In this document: positions 17,221-25,673 of the stretch, piece after piece
How the letters are laid out: each line of letters opens with the position of its first letter
How positions within the stretch are numbered: the first letter of the stretch is position 1
Assembly: GCA_044368575.1 (NCBI GenBank)
Contig: JBIPPH010000008.1
Span: 1,408-65,407 of the forward strand
From: Bacteroidia bacterium
GTDB lineage: Bacteria; Bacteroidota; Bacteroidia; NS11-12g; UBA955
Length of the DNA: 64,000 nucleotides
Direction: 5' to 3'
Notes under the pieces: model-generated
The model's input: only the letters and a program-made list of their open reading frames with translations
Databases searched by the model: none
Told to the model about the DNA's origin: nothing
Translations under genes and position numbers: made by a program

Positions 17221-18251
17221 TTAAAAACCCAAGTCCTGAGCGAATAACTTTACTCACCACTTTGTTGTTGAGTGCTATATTTGCTTGTTTTTTATACTAC
17301 TTCAAAATTCCACTTCTAAGTTTCCTAATTGCGCTTTTTACATTTGCCGCACTCACTTACATTGTTATTCTTTATGGTTTAGAGGTCTTTATTTACAGAA
17401 AAATAAAACTGATTTACAAAACCATTAACCATTTCAAAACCCAATCGCTTAAAAAACCTAACTTTATTGACGATTACGATATTGACCCTATTAAGAAGGT
17501 GAATGAAGAGGTAATTGAATGGGCCAACAGTCAGAAACAAGAAATCACTCAATTGAAAGCGACTGAAGCCTACAGAAAGGAATTCTTGGGCAATGTATCG
17601 CATGAGCTCAAAACGCCAATTTTCAATATCCAAGGCTACATTGAAACGCTTTTAGATGGTGCTATAGAAGATCCAGAAGTGCGCTATTTATTTCTTCAAA
17701 AAGCTGCTACTAGTACTGAACGCCTTAATGCTCTAGTTAATGATTTATTAGACATTAGTAAAATGGAAAACAATGCCATGACTATGCGTTTTCAAGAGTT
17801 TGAAATCAATGAGTTATGTAAAGAGGTATTTGAATCTTATGGCAAATTGGCTAAATCAAAGCACTACCATTTGGGCTTTAAGGCCGATTGCGATATACCA
17901 TTCAAGGTATTAGCAGACAAAGACCGGATAAGACAAGTCCTTAACAATTTAATAGGCAACTCTATCTCATATGGAAAAGAATCAGGCCATACCAATATAG
18001 GCTTATACGACTTAGACAAAACCATATTAATTGAAGTGACTGATGATGGAGATGGTATAGAAGCTGAACACTTACCGCGTTTATTTGAACGTTTTTACAG
18101 AACAGATAAAAGTCGATCAAGACACAGTGGCGGCAGTGGATTAGGCTTGTCTATTGTGAAACACATAGTTGAAGCCCACGATCAAAGTATAGATGTGAGA
18201 AGTGAAGTGGGCAAAGGCACCACCTTCACATTTGCGCTAAAGAAAGCTTAA
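17217..18251 (+). CDS. Sensor histidine kinase (HisKA + HATPase_c)
   Basis: Two N-terminal TM segments, H-box FLGNVSHELKTP, N box LNNLIGNSISY, G boxes DDGDGI and GGSGLGLSIV. The GTG start overlaps the regulator's stop. Confidence 0.9.
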   Translation: MIKNPSPERITLLTTLLLSAIFACFLYYFKIPLLSFLIALFTFAALTYIVILYGLEVFIYRKIKLIYKTINHFKTQSLKKPNFIDDYDIDPIKKVNEEVIEWANSQKQEITQLKATEAYRKEFLGNVSHELKTPIFNIQGYIETLLDGAIEDPEVRYLFLQKAATSTERLNALVNDLLDISKMENNAMTMRFQEFEINELCKEVFESYGKLAKSKHYHLGFKADCDIPFKVLADKDRIRQVLNNLIGNSISYGKESGHTNIGLYDLDKTILIEVTDDGDGIEAEHLPRLFERFYRTDKSRSRHSGGSGLGLSIVKHIVEAHDQSIDVRSEVGKGTTFTFALKKA

Positions 18252-18257
18252 ACTGCT

Positions 18258-18620
18258 TTATTGGATAACAACTCCAGTTGGGTTAAATTCTATCTCCCCT
18301 TCTTCTCCTGTAATGAATTTGCCTTTAGCAATAGCCGTTTTACCTTTACAATCCTTAGGCATTGAAAATTTTTCTTTGGTATCAATTAAGAACTCATTGG
18401 AATCGTTTTTAAACGTCAACCAACAACCTTCGCCTTGGCATACGTTCTCTACTTTACCTTGAATGGTATATACAGTGTCTTTACCTGCAATGTATTGATC
18501 TATAGCTTGCGTATATGGAACGGCCCCTTTAGCATCGAATGTTTCTCCAAACGAACCTGTTGAGGGTTTTTGACAAGCCACCATGGCTAAAACAACTAAA
18601 CTTAAAACGATTCTTTTCAT
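18258..18620 (-). CDS. DUF4920-like lipoprotein
   Basis: Lipobox LAMVACQ and the conserved CQGEGCW motif. 120 aa. Confidence 0.65.
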   Translation of the reverse strand: MKRIVLSLVVLAMVACQKPSTGSFGETFDAKGAVPYTQAIDQYIAGKDTVYTIQGKVENVCQGEGCWLTFKNDSNEFLIDTKEKFSMPKDCKGKTAIAKGKFITGEEGEIEFNPTGVVIQ

Positions 18621-18674
18621 GACTTTTTTTTACAAAATTAAATGTTTTTAGGCGTTTAAAACAAAAACTGTATT

Positions 18675-18682
18675 TATATTTG
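18675..18682 (+). promoter_or_regulatory. -7 box (TATATTTG) for the DUF3467 gene
   Basis: Exact TAnnTTTG, 12 nt upstream of the ATG at 18695. Confidence 0.5.
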
Positions 18683-18694
18683 AGCAATACATTT

Positions 18695-19021
18695 ATGAGC
18701 CAAGACAACAATATCATTGAGCAGCCAATAGACATCGAACTGAGCGAGGAAATCGCTGAGGGTATTTACAGTAATTTAGCAATCATTACGCACAGCCAAG
18801 CAGAGTTCATTATTGACTATGTGCGCATTTTACCAGGCATTCCAAAAGGCAAAGTCAAAAGCAGAATCATTATGACACCTCAACACGCAAAGCGTTTGCT
18901 TTTAGCCCTTAATGAAAACATGCAGAAATTTGAAGCTAACTTTGGTGAAATTGATTTAGACCAAAACAATGGCAATCACGGCTTTCCTATCAACTTCGGA
19001 GGCATGACCGGCCAAGCTTAG
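18695..19021 (+). CDS. DUF3467-like protein
   Basis: YSNLAIITHSQAEFIIDYVRILPG...RIIMTPQHAKRLLLAL matches my recollection of DUF3467. The start is moved to the first ATG after the -7 box. Confidence 0.65.
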   Translation: MSQDNNIIEQPIDIELSEEIAEGIYSNLAIITHSQAEFIIDYVRILPGIPKGKVKSRIIMTPQHAKRLLLALNENMQKFEANFGEIDLDQNNGNHGFPINFGGMTGQA

Positions 19022-20412
19022 TAACCTAAGGTTTTTAACATACTTTTATAGGTTTGTTCTTTTGAAAACAACCTAGTATTGTATTCGCCGTTCTCATCAA
19101 CGGTAATAATAATATGTTTAGGAGCAGGTGTTAAACAGTGTTGAATACCACCGAATCCACCAATACTTTCTTGATAGGCCCCACAATGGAAATATCCTAT
19201 GTATAAGGGTTGATTTTCATCAAAAACAGGCAAATATATCGCATTAGCATGTTGTTCACTGTTGTAATAATCATCACTATCACAGGTTATACCACCTAAC
19301 AGAACGCGTTCATAGTTGTGATCCCAATGGTTCAAGGGAAACATCATAAACTTCTTATTAATGGCCCAAGAATCAGGCAATGTCGTCATGAAACTTGAAT
19401 CAATCATATTCCATTTTTCGCGATCATTTTGAATTTTTTGATACTCTACTTTAAATATCGCTCCACCACTCTCACCAACGGTAAATGAACCAAACTCAGT
19501 AAAAATATCTGGCTCTGCCACCCCGTTGCTATCACAAACTTGTTTAACTTGAGCTACTATCTCAGAGGCCATGTATTCATAATCAAAATCAAATTTTAAT
19601 GAGTTTTTAATCGGGAAACCACCGCCAATATTTAAACTATCGAGCTCAGGGCACATTTTCTTTAATTCACAGTATACATTCAAACATTTGTGCAATTCAT
19701 TCCAATAATAGGCGTCATCTTCAATACCAGTATTGATAAAAAAATGCAACATTTTTAATTGCATGTGTTTGTTTTTTTGGATCTTCTCTTTGTATAAAGG
19801 CACAATATCTTTGTAGCCAATACCAAGTCTAGAAGTGTAAAAAGGGAACTTAGGTTCTTCTTCAGCTGCTATTCTCATACCCACTTTAAATGGACCCTGA
19901 ACAGCATTTGATAACAAATCAATCTCTCTTACATTATCAATCACAGGAATGACATTACTAAATCCTTCATTCATGATTAAAGCAATGTTGTCTATATATG
20001 ATTGCAACTTAAAGCCATTGCAAACAATGTATTTATCTTTTTGAATTAAACCTTGTTCGAACAATGACAAGATTAAATGAATATCAAATGCTGATGATGT
20101 TTCTAAGTGAACATCGTTTCTAAGTACCTCTTCTAATACATGAGAGAAGTGTGAACTTTTAGTGCAATAGCAATAATGGTACTTAGCTTTGTAATCCACT
20201 TTAGCCATAGCCACATTGAACCAAGTTTTAGCTTTTTTAATGTTCTCAGAGATCTTAGGTAGATAGGTAAACTTTAAAGGTGTACCATATTGTTCTACTA
20301 TATCCATTAATGGAATATTCTGATAGGTTAACTCAAAATCTTCATTAAGTGTAAATTCATCTACCGGAAAATCAAATGTTTGATTGATTAAATCTTTGTA
20401 TTTATCTTTCAT
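19018..20412 (-). CDS. Type III PLP-dependent (Orn/DAP/Arg) decarboxylase, probably arginine decarboxylase
   Basis: 464 aa with the PLP-lysine context YCYCTKSSHF and the GGGFPI motif. Substrate assignment is an inference. Confidence 0.7.
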   Translation of the reverse strand: MKDKYKDLINQTFDFPVDEFTLNEDFELTYQNIPLMDIVEQYGTPLKFTYLPKISENIKKAKTWFNVAMAKVDYKAKYHYCYCTKSSHFSHVLEEVLRNDVHLETSSAFDIHLILSLFEQGLIQKDKYIVCNGFKLQSYIDNIALIMNEGFSNVIPVIDNVREIDLLSNAVQGPFKVGMRIAAEEEPKFPFYTSRLGIGYKDIVPLYKEKIQKNKHMQLKMLHFFINTGIEDDAYYWNELHKCLNVYCELKKMCPELDSLNIGGGFPIKNSLKFDFDYEYMASEIVAQVKQVCDSNGVAEPDIFTEFGSFTVGESGGAIFKVEYQKIQNDREKWNMIDSSFMTTLPDSWAINKKFMMFPLNHWDHNYERVLLGGITCDSDDYYNSEQHANAIYLPVFDENQPLYIGYFHCGAYQESIGGFGGIQHCLTPAPKHIIITVDENGEYNTRLFSKEQTYKSMLKTLGY

Positions 20413-20450
20413 TAAATTAAATGTAAGTTAGTTAGTTCAACTTTTTTTTG

Positions 20451-20458
20451 CAAAAGTA
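20451..20458 (-). promoter_or_regulatory. -7 box (TACTTTTG) for the decarboxylase gene
   Basis: Exact TAnnTTTG on the minus strand, 38 nt upstream of the ATG at 20412. Confidence 0.45.
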
Positions 20459-20493
20459 ATTAACTTACTTTAGAAATCATAACCCTATTTTCA

Positions 20494-20529
20494 CAAAAAA
20501 ACTGGTGTAAAATCACAATTACACCAGTT
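20494..20529 (-). terminator. Rho-independent terminator of the OMP gene
   Basis: Perfect 10-bp stem AACTGGTGTA/TACACCAGTT with a 10-nt loop, followed by a T-run on the minus strand. Confidence 0.8.
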
Positions 20530-20577
20530 CTAAAAAAGGCCAAATAAATACCTAAAACACTACAAATCAAATATTTA

Positions 20578-21288
20578 TCAATAAAAGAAAACCTCTTCTT
20601 TTTTAAAATTTTTTAAGTTAAACAAATAACTCAAACCAATACCAATGTAAGTTCCTCTATAACCCAACTTGAAATAGTCTTGAGTTTGATTTGAATTGGT
20701 TCTAACACCTATGAGTGTCTGATTTGCAAAACTCTGATTATAGTATACCCCAAACACAAATACATTGCCAGATGCATTCTCACTGGCTATTTCAACACCT
20801 GTGTTCAACATCGGATAAATGGCTTGATCGTGAGTTTCTTTTACTATAAAATTATTGCCTGCATTGCGAATTTCATGCTCAGTATTTTGAATGATGTAAT
20901 TCATACTTCCACCAATTACAAACCGCATTTTTGAACTCGACCCAAACCTTAACTTAAAATGTAAGTTAACAGGCAACTCAATCAAACCACTATTGTGCTT
21001 AATCACATTGCCACTTGAATTGGTATCATTATACAATCGGTAGCCTTTATTTGTGTAAAACAGACCAGATGATAAGACAAAACGATCTGAGAATCCATAT
21101 TGCATGGTCATACCTGCCCTAAAACCTGATTTGAATCTAAAATTAAAATTACTAGGTAAAGAGTCTATAACATAGGGCCTTGATGATAAAAAAGTAAGTT
21201 GCGGCCCCATCTTTAAGCCTTTTTGAGCCATAAGATTTGTACCAATTAACAAACAAATACCCAGTAGTTTGAATGACAATTTAAACAT
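20578..21288 (-). CDS. Small outer-membrane beta-barrel protein (OMP_b-brl_2 / PorT-like family)
   Basis: Signal peptide ending MAQ, alternating strand pattern, 236 aa. Confidence 0.6.
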   Translation of the reverse strand: MFKLSFKLLGICLLIGTNLMAQKGLKMGPQLTFLSSRPYVIDSLPSNFNFRFKSGFRAGMTMQYGFSDRFVLSSGLFYTNKGYRLYNDTNSSGNVIKHNSGLIELPVNLHFKLRFGSSSKMRFVIGGSMNYIIQNTEHEIRNAGNNFIVKETHDQAIYPMLNTGVEIASENASGNVFVFGVYYNQSFANQTLIGVRTNSNQTQDYFKLGYRGTYIGIGLSYLFNLKNFKKEEVFFY

Positions 21289-21293
21289 ACTTA

Positions 21294-21301
21294 CAAACCT
21301 A
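21294..21301 (-). promoter_or_regulatory. -7 box (TAGGTTTG) abutting the OMP start
   Basis: Exact TAnnTTTG on the minus strand, 5 nt upstream of the ATG at 21288. Confidence 0.5.
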
Positions 21302-21353
21302 ACTCATTTTAATGAATTTTAAAATGATTAGCGCCAAGGTAGATTTACTTTTA

Positions 21354-22385
21354 ATGACTTATTTTTGCCAACACGTGCAAGCATCATATAACATACAAAC
21401 AGCCTTTTTAGACTTGGGCAAATCTTTGGCAGAGCTACCTGAAGAGATTATTCATAAGGCCAATATCCACAACCAATGGTTTACTTCAGAGTTCATTCAA
21501 TTAGCTACCCAAAATTGGCATAAAGTACTCAATGCTAATAACATTTCAACTTGGTTAAACGATTACCCATACCAAAAACATGAAAAGACTTTAGGGATTA
21601 TTATGGCAGGCAATATCCCATTTGTTGGATTACATGATTTGTTGTGTGGATTAGCCCTAGGCTTTAGATTAAAGATAAAACTATCATCTCATGATGAAAT
21701 CCTCATGAAATATGCCATTGACTGTTTATGCAAGTCAATGCCAGAATTAAAAGGACGTATTCAAACCGATCAAGACTTACACCAAATCGATGGATTAATT
21801 GCCACTGGCAGCAACAATAGCTCTAGATACTTTGACTATTATTTTAAAGACAAAGCCCGACTTATCCGCAAAGGCAGAACATCAGTGGCAGTCCTTTCTG
21901 GTAAAGAAACCGAACAAGAACTTCTTGGATTAGCTGATGATATATACAGCTACTTTGGCTTGGGCTGCAGAAATGTAACGCATTTGCTTTTACCCAAATC
22001 AATCGCATTAGAGCCCTTGTATATGGCTTATGATAAATACATGCAACATGTTCACCACCACAAGTACTACAACAATTACATGTATCATAAGTCGATTTTA
22101 TTGATGAATTTAGACAAACATTACGATAATGGCTTTATGTTGTTTCAAGAAAAACGAGCATTACATGCCCCAATTGCTACCCTCAACTACCATTATTACG
22201 AATCAGAATCAGAGGTAAACAATTATTTAGAACATGAGCAAGAGAATATCCAATGCGTTGTCAGTCATCTTAAACTAAACACAGCAGTCATCCCATTTGG
22301 TCATAGCCAAATGCCTGCCTTGTGGGACTATGCAGATAATATCAATACATTGGAATTTCTGAAACCAATTATTGAATCTGAATAA
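21354..22385 (+). CDS. LuxC-like acyl-CoA reductase
   Basis: GIIMAGNIPFVGLHDLLCGL and the overall length fit the stand-alone Bacteroidetes acyl-CoA reductase family. The start is uncertain: ATG 21312, ATG 21354 or GTG 21375. The last fits best with the -7 box and the family N-terminus. Confidence 0.6.
   Translation: MTYFCQHVQASYNIQTAFLDLGKSLAELPEEIIHKANIHNQWFTSEFIQLATQNWHKVLNANNISTWLNDYPYQKHEKTLGIIMAGNIPFVGLHDLLCGLALGFRLKIKLSSHDEILMKYAIDCLCKSMPELKGRIQTDQDLHQIDGLIATGSNNSSRYFDYYFKDKARLIRKGRTSVAVLSGKETEQELLGLADDIYSYFGLGCRNVTHLLLPKSIALEPLYMAYDKYMQHVHHHKYYNNYMYHKSILLMNLDKHYDNGFMLFQEKRALHAPIATLNYHYYESESEVNNYLEHEQENIQCVVSHLKLNTAVIPFGHSQMPALWDYADNINTLEFLKPIIESE
21360..21367 (+). promoter_or_regulatory. 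-7 box (TATTTTTG) upstream of or inside the 5' end of the acyl-CoA reductase ORF
   Basis: Exact TAnnTTTG, 7 nt upstream of an in-frame GTG at 21375. Confidence 0.4.
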
Positions 22386-24906
22386 CGCGTTGCATTAATG
22401 CACCTGATGCATTTTCAAACCTCAACAAATACATCCCTGGCTGATAAGCACTACAATCAATTTGATATTGGCTATTAGCAACTTTCCACACCCCTATTGT
22501 TTGGCCGTGAGCACTGATCAATGATATGGCCATTGGCTCTGGCAAACCATTAATGCTTAATTGATCTGTAACTGGATTGGGATAAACTACAATTTGACTT
22601 AAGGCATTGTTAAATAGCTGAGTGAAGTCATTCACAATGCATTTCACTGTGCTTGAATCCACACATCCGAATCGACTAATGACTTTGTGAGCTATTAGCA
22701 ATGTGTCGCCGATATAGGGTGTCATGTTATAAGTAAACGCATTGTTTGTAGATACTATGACCCCATTGATACGCCATTGATGCTGAACGGCATTGCTTGT
22801 ATCTGAGCTAAAATCATAGAATTTCCAATTTTTCACGATTGATATACTTGGATTTACTGCCGGGTATGGTTGATAATTCCATGACGCGTAGGTTTTAACA
22901 CAAGTTTGGTTGTAGGCCATTACTTTAATTTGAGCCCCTGAATTAAGCTGCTTGAACATATACTGATTTCCGCCTCTATGCAGCACTTGGTTATTCAAAT
23001 AATAAACACATGAATCATACGCGAAAGGCAAATTCAATTGAAAACTTGAATCACAAGAAAGCACTGATTTTGAGACAAAGTTTTGGCCGTCCAATAAGGT
23101 GTCAACTGAATATTTAACATATTCTACGATGTTTGGACAATTCAAACTGCTGCTATCTTTAAGTTCAAATCGTATAGAATCATTTTGATTCGCCAATTGA
23201 GTGTAGACGGTATCTTGATTGAATGGGCCATTATTCCAAGAAATGCTGTAGTATTTACCTTTTAATTGTTGAGCAATGACATCAATAGCACTGGCCTTAC
23301 AAACCCTGGCTTTATAAGTCAAATTGTACGACAAATTAGAACACAAATTTGTTCTTATAGTAAGGACTGAATCTGTTTGTGTACAAGGGCCTTGTTGAAA
23401 AGTCCTTAAAGTAATTCTGTACAAAGTATTAGCATTTAAACCATTTAAATCAAGGGTTGAATCAGTCGTACAAGGATTATAATTAAGATTATCTGTGCTG
23501 TAAAAAACAGATTTTACAGTACTTGAGTTGCGCCATTTAATAGCAATACTTGAAGTCGTCTTTTGAATGACAATAGACTTTGGATATACTCTTGGCACCA
23601 CAATTAAATTGAGTTGATTAGACATGCTTGACTTGCAATTGTTGACAGATTTAGCAATAGCAGACACTGTCACAGAGCTATTTGAAAACAAGGGCAGGCT
23701 TAAGGATTTTGTCCTGAAACTTAACTTTCCATTCACATACCACAATACGCTATCAATATTGGCTCCATTAGCTGTTATCACTTCATTTATTTGATTACAA
23801 AATGAATCTTTGGAGGAAATGCTTGTTAAAGTTATGTTTGGAGAAGGGTAAATACCAAGTTTGAAAGGAGAACTCACAGTAGAGCATTGAGTAGAAACAT
23901 TACTGACTTTAACTCTGTATGAACCTGTATCTTTTACAAATACACTTCTTTGAGATTTGCCATTATGCAACCACAAATAGCTAGCCCCTGACACAAAAGC
24001 AGCAGATAAATTCAAAGAATCCCCTTTGCAAACTGATCCAGCACTCCCGTTTAAAATACTTGCATTAGGAGATTGATTGACCACAAAATTCAAGGTGTCT
24101 GGAAAACTAACTCCTTTGTTATTTCTTACAGTCAAAATCGCCATTTTTGCACCTGGGTTAGCAAACGTTATTAATGGATTTTGCAAGGTGCTTGTACTTG
24201 GATTTCCGCCAATTATAGTCCAATTATAAGAGGTGGGTGAATTAGTTCCACTACCATTGAGTTGGACATTGTATCCTGAGCATGTAAGTGTATCATTGCT
24301 AGCAGCTATTGCATTTGGCAACAAACTAGAAGGCGTTACCACAACTGTTTTGGCATAAACAATATCACCATTATCATCAGTACCATTGTTATTGGCGGCC
24401 ATTACTACCATGTAAAAAGTAATATTACCGATATTATTCGCAGGCGCTTTCCAATTAAACACCCATCTAGTACTATCTGTTCCAACAGTTGAAGTACCTG
24501 TAGAAGTGTGTTGAATATACTCTCTAATTTTAGAGTTGTACAAGCGAGTAACTCTGCTGGTTCTGGTATTCATATTAATGAATGATCCTGCAGGATTCCC
24601 TGATTTATCTAAAGCAGTTATTTGAAAACCATATTTTACCTTACCAGTTTGTTTAAAGGTTAATTCCATTGAATAGGTAGAATCAGGTATATAACCACTG
24701 CCAGTAAAATTACCCTTTAGACGAATATTGTTAAGGTTTGAATTATTGCTAGTAATAATGGAACTCGTATGACAGGATGTACAATTTGCATCGCCCGGCG
24801 CATTGGAATTACCTGCTCCTGGGCCACCTTGAAACATTACAGCACTGGTTAAAACCAGCAAAAATAAAAATGCGATGAAAATTGATTTAAAATTGAACAA
24901 ATGCAT
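22369..24906 (-). CDS. Large secreted multidomain protein with a T9SS C-terminal sorting domain and an N-terminal CXXCH motif
   Basis: Signal peptide from the Met at 24906. CTSCH is encoded at 24769-24783. PKD/Ig-like and FN3-like segments follow. The C-terminus VVYPNPVTDQLSING...MYLLRFENASG..QRVIQIQ is a type A T9SS CTD. Confidence 0.8.
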   Translation of the reverse strand: MHLFNFKSIFIAFLFLLVLTSAVMFQGGPGAGNSNAPGDANCTSCHTSSIITSNNSNLNNIRLKGNFTGSGYIPDSTYSMELTFKQTGKVKYGFQITALDKSGNPAGSFINMNTRTSRVTRLYNSKIREYIQHTSTGTSTVGTDSTRWVFNWKAPANNIGNITFYMVVMAANNNGTDDNGDIVYAKTVVVTPSSLLPNAIAASNDTLTCSGYNVQLNGSGTNSPTSYNWTIIGGNPSTSTLQNPLITFANPGAKMAILTVRNNKGVSFPDTLNFVVNQSPNASILNGSAGSVCKGDSLNLSAAFVSGASYLWLHNGKSQRSVFVKDTGSYRVKVSNVSTQCSTVSSPFKLGIYPSPNITLTSISSKDSFCNQINEVITANGANIDSVLWYVNGKLSFRTKSLSLPLFSNSSVTVSAIAKSVNNCKSSMSNQLNLIVVPRVYPKSIVIQKTTSSIAIKWRNSSTVKSVFYSTDNLNYNPCTTDSTLDLNGLNANTLYRITLRTFQQGPCTQTDSVLTIRTNLCSNLSYNLTYKARVCKASAIDVIAQQLKGKYYSISWNNGPFNQDTVYTQLANQNDSIRFELKDSSSLNCPNIVEYVKYSVDTLLDGQNFVSKSVLSCDSSFQLNLPFAYDSCVYYLNNQVLHRGGNQYMFKQLNSGAQIKVMAYNQTCVKTYASWNYQPYPAVNPSISIVKNWKFYDFSSDTSNAVQHQWRINGVIVSTNNAFTYNMTPYIGDTLLIAHKVISRFGCVDSSTVKCIVNDFTQLFNNALSQIVVYPNPVTDQLSINGLPEPMAISLISAHGQTIGVWKVANSQYQIDCSAYQPGMYLLRFENASGALMQRVIQIQ

Positions 24907-24912
24907 ATTCGA

Positions 24913-24920
24913 CAAATATA
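24913..24920 (-). promoter_or_regulatory. -7 box (TATATTTG) abutting the T9SS cargo start
   Basis: Exact TAnnTTTG on the minus strand, 6 nt upstream of the ATG at 24906. It lies inside the longer ORF-track version. Confidence 0.5.
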
Positions 24921-24966
24921 AAATTTGTTTCAACATAAATAATATATAAACAGAAATATGGCAGTT

Positions 24967-25533
24967 TTAAGACAAACGCCTTTCAATTATTTGCCCTACT
25001 TTGTCTAACAATTGCTGAGGCGATAATTTTCGCCAATAAACAGCATCTAATTCCCCACCAAAATTTAGAAAATAATCTATTTTATAGGTTTTAATCTCCT
25101 CCAAAACATGTGGCCTAAAATTGACAAATGCTATCCACCCCTCTTCTAGCTCATTATACCATTCTTCGTAGTATGCGTCCTCTGCTGCATGGAAATTGAG
25201 CAAATTATCGCCTAAAAAAACAAACTTTTGAATCCCCTTATCTATCATCGGTTCGATAATTGAACGTTTCAAGACCATGACATCATTTTGAATGACATCA
25301 TTCCATTCACCAATGAGTTCAATAATAGCACTTTCAGCCTCGTAGTCAACAAATAATATTTTCAGGTACAATGTTGGTGACCCAAAGCTATCCCATTGTG
25401 GATGAATCAAATAATTATAAACAGTTTGACTGAACTCAAACTCACTGTGTTCTTGTTCAAAAAAGGGAGAATACTCATCTTCTTCAGAATTATACAAGTG
25501 CAACCAGTGGTAGTGAGGTTCAATGTCGTGCAT
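24967..25533 (-). CDS. Acidic hypothetical protein with a possible STAS-like core
   Basis: 188 aa, rich in E/D/Y/W, with no signal peptide. The segment AIIELIGEWNDVIQNDVMVLKRSIIEPMIDKGIQKFVFLGDNLLNF resembles the anti-sigma-antagonist (STAS) layout. This is inference only. Confidence 0.55.
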   Translation of the reverse strand: MHDIEPHYHWLHLYNSEEDEYSPFFEQEHSEFEFSQTVYNYLIHPQWDSFGSPTLYLKILFVDYEAESAIIELIGEWNDVIQNDVMVLKRSIIEPMIDKGIQKFVFLGDNLLNFHAAEDAYYEEWYNELEEGWIAFVNFRPHVLEEIKTYKIDYFLNFGGELDAVYWRKLSPQQLLDKVGQIIERRLS

Positions 25534-25537
25534 GCCG

Positions 25538-25545
25538 CAAAAATA
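25538..25545 (-). promoter_or_regulatory. -7 box (TATTTTTG) abutting the hypothetical gene start
   Basis: Exact TAnnTTTG on the minus strand, 4 nt upstream of the ATG at 25533. Confidence 0.5.
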
Positions 25546-25673
25546 CACTTTAAAAAGTGCCGAACAAAGACATAATGATCACTACTCTTGCAATGGTTTG
25601 CGCCTTTTTTTACCAATCATTTGATTTTTAGGGTATAAAAGTATTATTTTGCGGTTCTTTTTAAAATTCAAAT

